64,000 bases of DNA from Eledone cirrhosa (Eukaryota), in the NCBI GenBank assembly GCA_964016885.1, contig OZ024742.1, forward strand, positions 286,812,001 to 286,876,000, written 5' to 3'. Every line of letters begins with the position of its first letter. Within the stretch, counting starts at the first letter, position 1. Positions 36,001-45,805 of this stretch are shown here, piece after piece. The translations under genes were made by a program, and so were the position numbers. Under the pieces are notes generated by a model, which did no database searches, was not told the DNA's origin, and saw nothing but the letters and a program-made list of their open reading frames with translations.

Positions 36001-37225
36001 GTATTCTACCACAACCATCCTACCACTGTATTCTACCACAACCATCCTACCACTGTATTCTACCACAACCATCCTACCACTGTGTTCTACCACAACCATC
36101 CTACCACTCTGTTCTACCGCAACCATCCTACCACTGTGTTCTACCACAACCATCCTACCACTCTGTTCTATCACAGCCATACTACCACTGTGTTCTACCA
36201 CAACCATCCTACCACTGTGTTCTACCACAACCATCCTACCACTCTGTTCTATCACAGCCATACTACCACTGTGTTCTACCACAACCATCCTACCACTGTG
36301 TTCTACCACAACCATCCTACCACTCTGTTCTACCACAACCATCCTACCACTCTGTTCTATCACAACCATCCTACCACTCTGTTCTACCACAACCATCCTA
36401 CCACTGTGTTCTACCACAACCATCCTACCACTCTGTTCTACCACAACCATCCTACCACTCTGTTCTACCACAACCATCCTACCACTGTATTCTACCACAA
36501 CCATCCTACCACTGTGTTCTACCACAACCATCCTACCACTGTATTCTACCACAACCATCCTACCACTGTGTTCTACCACAACCATCCTACCACTGTGTTC
36601 TACCACAACCATCCTACCACTGTATTCTACCACAACCATCCTACCACTGTATTCTACCACAACCATCCTACCACTGTGTTCTACCACAACCATCCTACCA
36701 CTGTATTCTACCACAACCATCCTACCACTCTGTTCTACCACAACCATCCTACCACTCTGTTCTACCACAACCATCCTACCACTGTATTCTACCACAACCA
36801 TCCTACCACTGTGTTCTACCACAACCATCCTACCACTGTATTCTACCACAACCATCCTACCACTGTATTCTACCACAACCATCCTACCACTGTATTCTAC
36901 CACAACCATCCTACCACTGTGTTCTACCACAACCATCCTACCACTGTATTCTACCACAACCATCCTACCGCTCTGTTCTACCACACCCATCCTACCGCTC
37001 TGTTCTACCACACCCATACTACCACTGTGTTCTACCACACCCATCCTACCACTGTGTTCTACCACAACCATCCTACCACTCTGTTCTACCGCAACCATCC
37101 TACCACTGTGTTCTACCACAACCATCCTACCACTGTGTTCTATCACAGCCATCCTACCACTATGTTCTACCACAACCATCCTACCACTGTGTTCTACCAC
37201 TACCATCCTACCACTCAGTTCTACC
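1..37225. repeat. Large satellite/minisatellite array of related 42-bp (ACCACAACTAACACATATATAACCATCCTACCACTGTCTTCT) and 27-bp (ACCACAACCATCCTACCACTGTGTTCT) monomers; runs off the left edge
   Basis: Continuous head-to-tail monomers read directly. The 42-mer dominates 1-~14100, ~14930-16310, ~17790-18610 and ~20740-25860. The 27-mer dominates ~14110-14930, ~16315-17790, ~19060-20450 and ~25865-37225. The array decays into degenerate monomers after ~37200. Confidence 0.98.
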
Positions 37226-37665
37226 AACATTCACATATACAGCCATGTTACCCCCACCCCCATGTTCTACCATAACATATATTCACATATACATACATTT
37301 TACCCTTACTCTCGGGTCTCCAATAATCACCCACCTCGATTATTAATTTTTCAGATTTTTTCCAACCAACACCACTCCGCTTATTAAATGTTCCTCATCT
37401 AACTCCGGCGAAATTTTATTTTGAGTGTTAGCATGCCTGCGACAATTCATTTCCTTTAGACATTAAAAAAACATTATACATGACAAAAAAAAAATGTACA
37501 TTACTAGAAATCCCATATGTTATAAAATAAATAGGATGGGTTGGGGTCTCAATATGTAAACTAAACGACTAATTCTGTTTCCTTTTAAAATCAACGGAGA
37601 CAACCTGCAAAAATTACTGATTTTCTACCACAACCAATTGTCACATATACAACCATCCTCCCACT

Positions 37666-38391
37666 ATCTTCAATTTGCAAAGCTGTCTAAACGTAATGTT
37701 ATTACTCTAAGGTAAAATACCTTATTGAGTGCTTAGCTGTACATTCCGATTGCATTCGTTAGCTTAACTGCAGCCAGGGCTTCGATTATGCTGTACTTCT
37801 ATTTGTATTATTATCTCCTAGACTTAATGATTAATTGATTAATTTAATTAGACAATTCTATTGATTGGTTAATTATTTATGTTTGTTTAATAACGTCTGG
37901 TCGAGAGCTTTATTCGGTTTGTTGAAAGGAATTCATTCCTTTGTTCAAAATTTGAATTTTGACCGCCAAAAACTGGGGGTTACCTCCCTTTGGGAAAGCC
38001 ATGTGACCGCCAGCAGTGTTTGCTGCTAAAATTCACAACCGGTGCGACTGAGAACGGATACCTGTTGAGAAAGTGAATCCTCTGTTCGAAAACCAATAAC
38101 TTGCATGCCCGCAAGTGGATTTTGTTGATTTGGGATTCACAGAAACCTACCGGAGATATTGTATAATATCGACGCTATGGTCCAGGTTTGTCAAATTATC
38201 CTGAGTCAGTTTTCTCGTTGCTTTGGTCCCTGCGGCTGGCTTACCGGTCGCAATCTTCAATTTGCAAAGCTGTCTAAACGTAATGTTATTACTCTCAGGT
38301 AAAATACCTTATTGAGTGCTTAGCTGCACATTCCGATTGCATTCGTTAGGTTAGCTGCAGCCAGAGTTTCGATTATGCTGTACTTCCATTT
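37666..38391. repeat. Pair of ~138-bp direct repeats (37666-~37804 and 38253-~38391) around ~450 bp of unique sequence; possibly a small non-autonomous element
   Basis: ATCTTCAATTTGCAAAGCTGTCTAAACG...GATTATGCTGTACTTC occurs twice with about 7 mismatches by eye. The right copy ends at a TA run. Confidence 0.75.
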
Positions 38392-38406
38392 AGATATATA
38401 TATATA

Positions 38407-39033
38407 CAGTGATCCCCCGTTTATCGCGGTAGGTACGTTCCAGAACCAACCGCGATAAATGGAAATCCGCGATCTGGAGAGACCATAAAAGCAACCGTTG
38501 TTTTCATTGTTTAAGCCTCAAAATACCTCTCCTACACGCTTTAAGTACATATAAACTCATTAAAACACACTTTTGTACTTAAGCACCAAAAACAGCCAGT
38601 AACGATCGTATAGAAAATACCACCAACGAACGTACCACTACTCACCAATGACTACCATTACCATTCACGTTAGTCGCTTGGCAATACACTGCACATCTCC
38701 TGTCAATCTATGAAGGGTTTGTAGTAGATTAGAGAAAAAGACAATCAGTAAAACAGTAATGGAATGAAAAATAAAAACATTTTTTATAGTTAAAGCCTTA
38801 AGATTCCTTACGCTATACACTTCAATCACATCGAAACTTATTTAATAATTTTAATTTTTAAACACTTTTTATTTAGGCATAGGTACCGCGATAAGAAAAT
38901 AGATATGTTCTAATGAAAATTCCGTGATGCAACGAGGATTACCTTACCGCGATAGGAAATTGGATACGTTCCAAAGAAAAATCTGCAATGTAACCTGACA
39001 ACGAAAAGTGAACCGCGATATAGCGGAGGATTA

Positions 39034-39036
<3 letters not shown>
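38407..39036. mobile_element. Tc1/mariner-superfamily (pogo/Tigger-like) MITE, 630 bp
   Basis: Left end CAGTGATCCCCCGTTTATCGCGGT matches the reverse complement of the right end, CAGTAATCCTCCGCTATATCGCGGT. TA lies on both sides. The motif ACCGCGATA recurs subterminally. No transposase ORF. Confidence 0.85.
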
Positions 39037-39112
<76 letters not shown>

Positions 39113-39541
39113 GAGACCTAAAACCCATCAACAAAAGTTGGAACGAAGTATTGATAGATGCAACTGATCGTGGACATTGGAAATGTTGGCTGCCTCATAC
39201 ATCTCAAGACACAGGAGCTTCTAAGTCTAAATCCAAGTTCATACACGCCTCTATTTTGAACCATACCTTGTTAGAACTAGTACTAATTAACCCTAGCGGC
39301 ACTATATGCAAATTAATCAAACTGCAGCCGATGATTCATGCTAAAAAATGTATATAAGCTGTAGCATATACTTGTCTCAATACCGACAGAGTGGACGTCA
39401 CTAATGAGGAGGAAAAAACCCAGAAACATGTCTGACATTCTTACATAGCTACTGAGATTACGCATTCATAGTAAATTTTCTCTATGTTTATTAAGCATAA
39501 ACATATCGATAAGCCTTCATATACACTTCTAATTATGGATA

Positions 39542-39573
<32 letters not shown>

Positions 39574-39706
39574 TATATATCTATATATATGTGTGTGTGG
39601 ATGAAATTTTTTCTAGTTAGCCACCGGAAAGGTATAAGCTTGACGGTTGGGCATTATATCCTACAATAAAATTAATACACACACACACACTCATGTTTAT
39701 ATATAC

Positions 39707-39794
<88 letters not shown>

Positions 39795-39843
39795 ATAACG
39801 GAAATGCGAAAATATTGTCCAATGGTCTAGTATATATATATAT

Positions 39844-39880
<37 letters not shown>

Positions 39881-39930
39881 ATGTGTGTATGTATGTGTGT
39901 GTGTGTATGTGTACTTACATATAAATATAT
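39037..39930. repeat. Cluster of (TA)n, (CT)n and (TG)n microsatellites
   Basis: (TA)n 39037-39103, (CT)n ~39543-39569, (TG)n ~39718-39793, mixed TA/TG ~39831-39910. Confidence 0.9.
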
Positions 39931-40205
39931 ATACTAGATCTTTGGACTATATTTCCGTTGCAAAAGGGAACAAAGATCGTTAGTGAACATAATGTCTGAA
40001 TAACCGGATGTTGAAAGCGTTTCCGCTTGTCATGCGCAGACATAGACACATAGATTATATGAATGTCCACAATAAGCGGAAACTGGTTACTGAAATAAAT
40101 GCCATGAAGAGAAATGGCGAAAGCCTGTCATAGAACGGAAAGAATTATGAGAATAAAGAACGCCCGTATATATCTCGCGCCTAAAACTCTATGTGTGTTA
40201 TTGGA

Positions 40206-40335
40206 AAGTCCAAGGCCAGGAAATTTCTCCAAATAAGGGAATTATTGAAACATCCAATCAGACTACATCGAATTAATCCTGATTTAGTTGTAATAGAGGT
40301 TATTCATGAGCTACGATGGCCTGTAAGTCGTAAAG
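40206..40335 (+). repeat. Dispersed repeat fragment of unknown family; second diverged copy at ~59307-59454
   Basis: Both sites share AAAGTCCAAGGCCA...CCAATCAGA...AATCC...TTATTCATGA.CTACG...TGTAAGTCGTAAA, and each is followed by microsatellite. Confidence 0.7.
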
Positions 40336-40371
40336 GTGTATGTGTATTTGAAAAAGGATGTATACATATGT

Positions 40372-40402
<31 letters not shown>

Positions 40403-40427
40403 ATATATATATAGGAAAAGAGTCAGG

Positions 40428-40521
<94 letters not shown>

Positions 40522-40542
40522 TTATATATACATATATATGTG

Positions 40543-40657
40543 AAGGCGTGTTGCTGATTGGTTAGAGAACTGGATTCGCAATTGCGAGGTTGTCAGTTCG
40601 ATTCCTGGACCGGGTGATGCGTTATGTCCTTGAGCAAGACACTTTATTTCACATTGC
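40543..40657 (+). mobile_element. tRNA-derived SINE 5' part with CORE-like domain, 3'-truncated
   Basis: A-box-like TTGCTGATTGG, B-box GTTCGATTCC (40596-40605), then GTCCTTGAGCAAGACACTT resembling the CORE-SINE consensus. Confidence 0.75.
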
Positions 40658-40751
40658 GACCGATATATAGTATTAGCAATTGGAAAGACCAACGGAAACA
40701 TTGTTTCCTCGGTCCGATTTGACGAAAGTCGATCGACAATATATATATATA

Positions 40752-40970
40752 TTCGTATTATTAATTTTTCTTAATATTAATCAACATTTGAAAAGATGGC
40801 TTTTGCAGACCCATCGAAACCGGTCATTTTTTATACCCTTTATTATTTCCTTACCTTATAAAATTATGTTTTTTCACAAAAAAGTATTCTGTCTCTTATA
40901 TATTCCATGTGCCATTACCAACCTCAATTTTCTCTATAACCTTCGTTTTGTGTAGAAAATTACACTTTTC
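40752..40970 (+). repeat. 5' pseudo-LTR (219 bp)
   Basis: TTCGTATTATTAATTTTTC...GAAAATTACACTTTTC, matching 45587-45805. Confidence 0.92.
40783..40830 (+). ncRNA. Minimal type I hammerhead ribozyme, U3-A8 core variant (5' pLTR)
   Basis: Core TTGAAAA (40788-94) replaces CTGANGA. Stem II is GATGG/CCATC, followed by GAAA, palindromic stem III ACCGGT and a GUC cleavage triplet. Stem I is weak. Confidence 0.72.
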
Positions 40971-40999
40971 ATATATACTAACCTACGCAAATCCGGAAA

Positions 41000-42265
41000 A
41001 TGGCACTGGAACAAGACAACACCACTTCAAACTCCAATATCAATGAGGAAATCCTGAAAATCCTAAAAGAGATAAATGGAAAACTCACCATTCTGACAAA
41101 AAAACAGGATATACCCCAAACCACCACACCGACTGACAACCAAATTTATTTAAACGTTCAAAACGTATGCAACTCCATCGAAAAACTTATGAATACCAAC
41201 ACAGAACAAACGACATTGCTCCATATCAAAAACCAAATGGGACACCTCTGGAAAAAACATCTAAAAACCAGAAAATTCACTTTCTGGAATATGATAAAAA
41301 ACCTCAACAAAGCTGGAATTTACCAAAAATGGATTAACTCAACACCGATAGTTTTACCACGTAAATTCCAAATAAAGCATATTACAAACGAACCTGAACC
41401 AGAAAGAAAACTCCGTGAACAAATGTCACTCAACAGGATAAACATGGAAATAGAACTCCTAAAATTAAGGGCCACCTCAAACGAGCAAGAGTATAAGGAT
41501 ACTGATAAAAATATGGAGGAAGAATGCACTAAAAAGGCCGAGGGAACAACCCTACAAAATTTAATCAAATCGTGGAAACAGGACTGCGAGAATGCAGAAA
41601 CTATTTCCCTTAAACGGTGGGAAAAATCCGAAAACTGGTTCCTCAAATATGAAGAAGACTTTAAAAGGACGCACCAAACAGGTAACCCCTTTATAAAGCA
41701 TTTGAACATAACAAGAACTACAACAGACACATTTACACCACCAAACCCAACACACACTAACCACAGGCACATCCCCCACCAACACAAACCAAATACGGCC
41801 AACTACACCAAAAGAAACACACCCAACCACCACAACACAGGTTTCCGTAGAAATGCCCCCTACATAAACCAACGACGAAATAACATAGATCCAACTCACA
41901 ACACACACACCACATTCCTCAGAAGAAATCCACCCAGGCCACTTGAAATCACAACAGAACTTACCCACAACCACACCAGACATCACCCTCAATCCAACAA
42001 AAGACAACCCCCCAGCCTCAACACTCTGTACCACAGAAATAACGCACCCAGACCACATGAACCAACAACAGAACCCTTGCTCATCAACAACCACAACACA
42101 TACCACCCCCACCATCACATTCACCCTCATGAAACAACAAGCTACAGACCCACACGCAACAGACCAACAAAATATAATCACACACAAAACTACATTCCTT
42201 TTTTAGGGAAAAGCCTAAAATACCAGGATACTCGATGGCCCCCCCTCAGGAGAAACCAAAAATAA
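41000..42265 (+). CDS. PLE ORF1: predicted coiled-coil/helical N-terminal two-thirds with a basic His/Arg/Asn/Pro/Thr-rich disordered tail (421 aa)
   Basis: Uninterrupted ORF starting ~30 nt after the pLTR, with heptad-like segments (EEILKILKEINGKLTIL; LNRINMEIELLKL). It overlaps ORF2 in the -1 frame. Confidence 0.8.
   Translation: MALEQDNTTSNSNINEEILKILKEINGKLTILTKKQDIPQTTTPTDNQIYLNVQNVCNSIEKLMNTNTEQTTLLHIKNQMGHLWKKHLKTRKFTFWNMIKNLNKAGIYQKWINSTPIVLPRKFQIKHITNEPEPERKLREQMSLNRINMEIELLKLRATSNEQEYKDTDKNMEEECTKKAEGTTLQNLIKSWKQDCENAETISLKRWEKSENWFLKYEEDFKRTHQTGNPFIKHLNITRTTTDTFTPPNPTHTNHRHIPHQHKPNTANYTKRNTPNHHNTGFRRNAPYINQRRNNIDPTHNTHTTFLRRNPPRPLEITTELTHNHTRHHPQSNKRQPPSLNTLYHRNNAPRPHEPTTEPLLINNHNTYHPHHHIHPHETTSYRPTRNRPTKYNHTQNYIPFLGKSLKYQDTRWPPLRRNQK
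42199..42205 (+). other. Candidate -1 ribosomal frameshift slippery heptamer T TTT TTA
   Basis: In X XXY YYZ phase with ORF1 (CCT TTT TTA GGG). The -1 frame is open from here into ORF2 and is closed by TAA at 42175-42177. Confidence 0.7.
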
Positions 42266-44511
42266 TCAACCTCTCAAAGACACCTCTAACCAACACACAA
42301 ATCAACATTTTAAGTAAGGGCCTGAAATTTACACCTACACCACGTAAACCAAACTTCCCCGAAATGAAGGATGACATCATGGAATACTGCCGAAAGCTGC
42401 GACTAACGGAATTCTTCCACAACGACACCAACACTGAAGACGAATCACTGGTTAGAAATAAAAGCAATTTCTGCCCACAAAAGGGAAGAAATAAAGCACT
42501 GGACACGTACTGCGAACACATCACCAACTTTCCCTATGAAACAATTACAAATAAACACACGAAATCAAACCTATCTACACACGAATGGGAAGAATTATTC
42601 ACACTTAGAAACAACCCTGAGATAACTATCAAAGAAGCCGATAAAGGCAGTACTGTTGTGATTATGAATACGGACTACTATAGGACCCTCGCACTTAACA
42701 TTTTAGAAAACAACACATACTATGAAAAAACAGAAAACTACAAACACACCAAAACAATGGGGAACCTTTTGACCTTACTGAATAAATACCGCAACAGCTT
42801 AACCACAAAAGAGTTTAACTATATAAGCCACTTCAAATGCAATACAAGCTCTTTTTACGGCTTACCGAAACTTCACAAATGTAAACCCATAAACGATGCA
42901 TGTGACACCTCAACCAACAATTACATTGAACTAACACCACCAGAAGACCTAAAACTCAGGCCAATTATAGCAGGCCCTACATGTGAAACCCACAGACTTA
43001 GCAACTTTCTGGACATCCTACTGAAACCCTTTCTACAACATATACAGAGCTACATACGAGATGACCTTGACATGCTGAAACACCTCCCTAAAACAGTAAG
43101 TGCAAATACAATTCTTGTCTCCTTTGACGTAATAAACCTCTACACAAACATACCTCACAACTATGGAATAACAGCAGTCCAATACTGGCTTAACACACAC
43201 CCATCAGAAATACCGACACGCATCAACACAGATTTTATCACTGACGGACTCCGCTTTATCCTACAAAATAACTACTTCACATTCAATGGTTCAACATACA
43301 GACAAGTATCAGGTACGGCAATGGGCACGAAAGTAGCACCCACATATGCCAACCTAGTCATGGGATTCCATGAACAACAAATATACAGTCAGTCCCTTCT
43401 CTTATTTGGAGACTCTTTCCACACACACCTCAAAGCCAATTGGAAAAGATATCTAGACGACTGCTTTATCCTATGGCAAGAAGACATGAACTCACTTACT
43501 ACGTTTAAAAACATGATAAACAACATAGATAATAACATACAATTCACAATGGAATCCAATCCTAAGGAATTAGCCTTCTTGGATATTCTCATCTCTGTAA
43601 TAGACGGGAAATTAGATACAGATATATTCTATAAACCCACAGATTCCAAGCAATACCTCTTTTTCACATCAAGTCACCCAAAACATACAAAACTTAACAT
43701 TCCTTACAATTTGGCCAAACGTATATGTACCATAGTATCAGATCCACCTAAACGGGAGCAAAGACTAAAGGAACTAAAAGACACCCTTATCTTAAGAGCC
43801 TTTCCACTTGAAATAATCAACAATGGAATAGACAGGGCAAAACACCTAAATCCCCATCAACTTAACAATCCAAAACAGAAAACCACACTCAACACCCTGC
43901 CATATGTATCCACTTTCAACCCCAGAAATACCGAAATGTTTGATCACCTACACAAAAACCTCCCCATCCTACTTAAAGATGTAAAAATGAAGTCTATTCT
44001 TGAAACACACAAGATCCTTAAAAGTAAAAGACAACCCAAATCACTTAAACGCATTCTCACTGGACCAAATATACCCAAACCAATCCTCAACCCTACAGTT
44101 ACCAAATGTGGTAGAACAAACTGTGGAACGTGCCTCTACCTCACTGAAGGACAAACATTTACATTCAAAGATGGCCAAACATTTACAGTAAAAAACAATT
44201 TCACCTGCAACTCGGAGAACTTGATTTACGCAATAACTTGCGGTGGGTGCAAACACAACTACATAGGACAGACGGGCACCTCATTACGCAAAAGAATGAC
44301 CATCCACCGCCAACAAATCCGGGACGCTAACACAAGAAAAATCCCCTTGAGCAGCCATATTGCGAACTGCGCAGGAATGACACTACCCAACTTTAAAATC
44401 TTCCCCTTCTACAAGTGCTCAGATTCGTTCACACAACAACAAAGAATAAACAAAGAAAATCTATTCCTTAACAAATTTAAACCAAAACTAAACGGGTTAT
44501 CACCCCAATAG
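42235..44511 (+). CDS. Penelope-like reverse transcriptase plus GIY-YIG endonuclease (758 aa from the first ATG; ~1170 aa if fused to ORF1 by frameshift)
   Basis: Motifs LSKGLKF, ADKG, FYGLPKLHK, RPII, SFDVINLYTNIP, GTAMG, RYLDD and FLDI; Cys linker KCGRTNCGTC; LIYAITCGGCKHNYIGQT. No disablements. Confidence 0.95.
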   Translation: MAPPQEKPKIINLSKTPLTNTQINILSKGLKFTPTPRKPNFPEMKDDIMEYCRKLRLTEFFHNDTNTEDESLVRNKSNFCPQKGRNKALDTYCEHITNFPYETITNKHTKSNLSTHEWEELFTLRNNPEITIKEADKGSTVVIMNTDYYRTLALNILENNTYYEKTENYKHTKTMGNLLTLLNKYRNSLTTKEFNYISHFKCNTSSFYGLPKLHKCKPINDACDTSTNNYIELTPPEDLKLRPIIAGPTCETHRLSNFLDILLKPFLQHIQSYIRDDLDMLKHLPKTVSANTILVSFDVINLYTNIPHNYGITAVQYWLNTHPSEIPTRINTDFITDGLRFILQNNYFTFNGSTYRQVSGTAMGTKVAPTYANLVMGFHEQQIYSQSLLLFGDSFHTHLKANWKRYLDDCFILWQEDMNSLTTFKNMINNIDNNIQFTMESNPKELAFLDILISVIDGKLDTDIFYKPTDSKQYLFFTSSHPKHTKLNIPYNLAKRICTIVSDPPKREQRLKELKDTLILRAFPLEIINNGIDRAKHLNPHQLNNPKQKTTLNTLPYVSTFNPRNTEMFDHLHKNLPILLKDVKMKSILETHKILKSKRQPKSLKRILTGPNIPKPILNPTVTKCGRTNCGTCLYLTEGQTFTFKDGQTFTVKNNFTCNSENLIYAITCGGCKHNYIGQTGTSLRKRMTIHRQQIRDANTRKIPLSSHIANCAGMTLPNFKIFPFYKCSDSFTQQQRINKENLFLNKFKPKLNGLSPQ

Positions 44512-44719
44512 AATTGTCATAAAATATAAACACACATACGCACGGAATCACTACTATTAAAGACCAGAGACCAATTCTGTAGAATCAGGTTTATTCATTG
44601 ACAGACCATGCCTTTGTGTGACCAACACATCCATGTTAAACCCTGCACGTGCACACACGTATATCTATATATATATGCGCACACAGAATTATTTTAATTT
44701 CACTGCCCCAACTTCTTAT

Positions 44720-45061
44720 ATTATGGAAAAAATATATGTGTCTGTATGTATATATATATATATATATTTGAAGGCCATTTCTCTGTGTGTGGGTGTATGT
44801 ATGTGTGTGTGTGTGTGTGTGAGTATGTGTGTGCATGTGGATGTATGTATTGTGTGTGCGTGTGTGTGTGTGTGTGTGTATGTATGTGGGTATCTGGATG
44901 TATGCGTATGTGTATATATATATATATATGCATGTGTGTGCTTGTGTGTGTGTATATATATGTGTGTGTATGTGTGTATATATATGTGTGTGTGTGTGTG
45001 TGTGTATGTTTGTATGTGTGTATGTATATATATATATGTGTGTGTGTATGTATGTGTGGGG

Positions 45062-45149
<88 letters not shown>

Positions 45150-45180
45150 GTGTATCTGGATGTATGTGTATGTATATATA

Positions 45181-45243
<63 letters not shown>

Positions 45244-45304
45244 ATGTGTATATATGTGTGTGTGTGTGTGTATGTATATGTATGTGTGTGTGTATGTATG
45301 TGTG

Positions 45305-45345
<41 letters not shown>

Positions 45346-45385
45346 GTATGTGTATGTATGTGTGGATGAAGGTATGTGTGTGTAT
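44720..45385. repeat. Compound (TG)n/(TA)n microsatellite inside the PLE 3' UTR
   Basis: Lies between the ORF2 stop codon and the 3' pLTR. Confidence 0.9.
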
Positions 45386-45586
45386 ATTGCTTCCACCCCC
45401 TCACTGACCAGCAGCTGGCTATTGCTAAATCTGACCTTTATAAAATAACCCACACCCCAAATAACTTCTCATTCACTACCAGAAAGGGACACAGCAGTCA
45501 ACCTGTTGTTGCTACCTAGATGAAAACTGCTATGAAATCCCACAATGAATTTTATACTTGAATTTTCAAGTCTCAAATTTTAACTC

Positions 45587-45801
45587 TTCGTATTATTAAT
45601 TTTTCTTAATATTAATCAACATTTGAAAAGATGGCTTTTGCAGACCCATCGAAACCGGTCATTTTTTATACCCTTTATTATTTCCTTACCTTATAAAATT
45701 ATGTTTTTTCACAAAAAAGTATTCTGTCTCTTATATATTCCATGTGCCATTACCAACCTCAATTTTCTCTATAACCTTCGTTTTGTGTAGAAAATTACAC
45801 T

Positions 45802-45805
<4 letters not shown>
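45587..45805 (+). repeat. 3' pseudo-LTR (219 bp), running into (TA)n
   Basis: Copy of 40752-40970. Confidence 0.92.
45618..45665 (+). ncRNA. Minimal hammerhead ribozyme, U3-A8 variant (3' pLTR)
   Basis: Same TTGAAAA-GATGG..CCATC-GAAACCGGTC motif as the 5' copy. Confidence 0.72.

Noticed and set aside
1-37225. CRISPR-like array
   Set aside because: No unique spacers, no cas genes, and a eukaryotic context.
138-37387. Very long ORFs on both strands (STTTNTYITILPL, MVIYVLVVVEDSGR and FYHNHPTT repeats) suggesting a mucin-like or repeat protein
   Set aside because: Monomer lengths of 42 and 27 are multiples of 3 and lack stops in several frames. Frame-breaking 26-, 14- and 13-bp units and stops are amplified within the HORs. 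No unique coding flanks are visible.
40543-40612. Possible tRNA gene
   Set aside because: It has A and B boxes but no convincing acceptor stem and runs into a CORE-like SINE body, so it is a SINE head.
41320-44256. Short antisense and alternative-frame ORFs within the PLE
   Set aside because: Shadow ORFs caused by the A/C-biased composition, with no recognisable motifs.
44618-45453. ORFs rich in YI, CV and HT (also at ~39.6-40.5 kb, 59.4-60.3 kb and 61.2-61.6 kb)
   Set aside because: Dinucleotide microsatellite translations.
40752-45805. LTR retrotransposon, given the terminal direct repeats and gag-pol-like layout
   Set aside because: No TG..CA ends, protease, RNase H or integrase. The RT is Penelope-type with a GIY-YIG domain and the repeats contain hammerheads.
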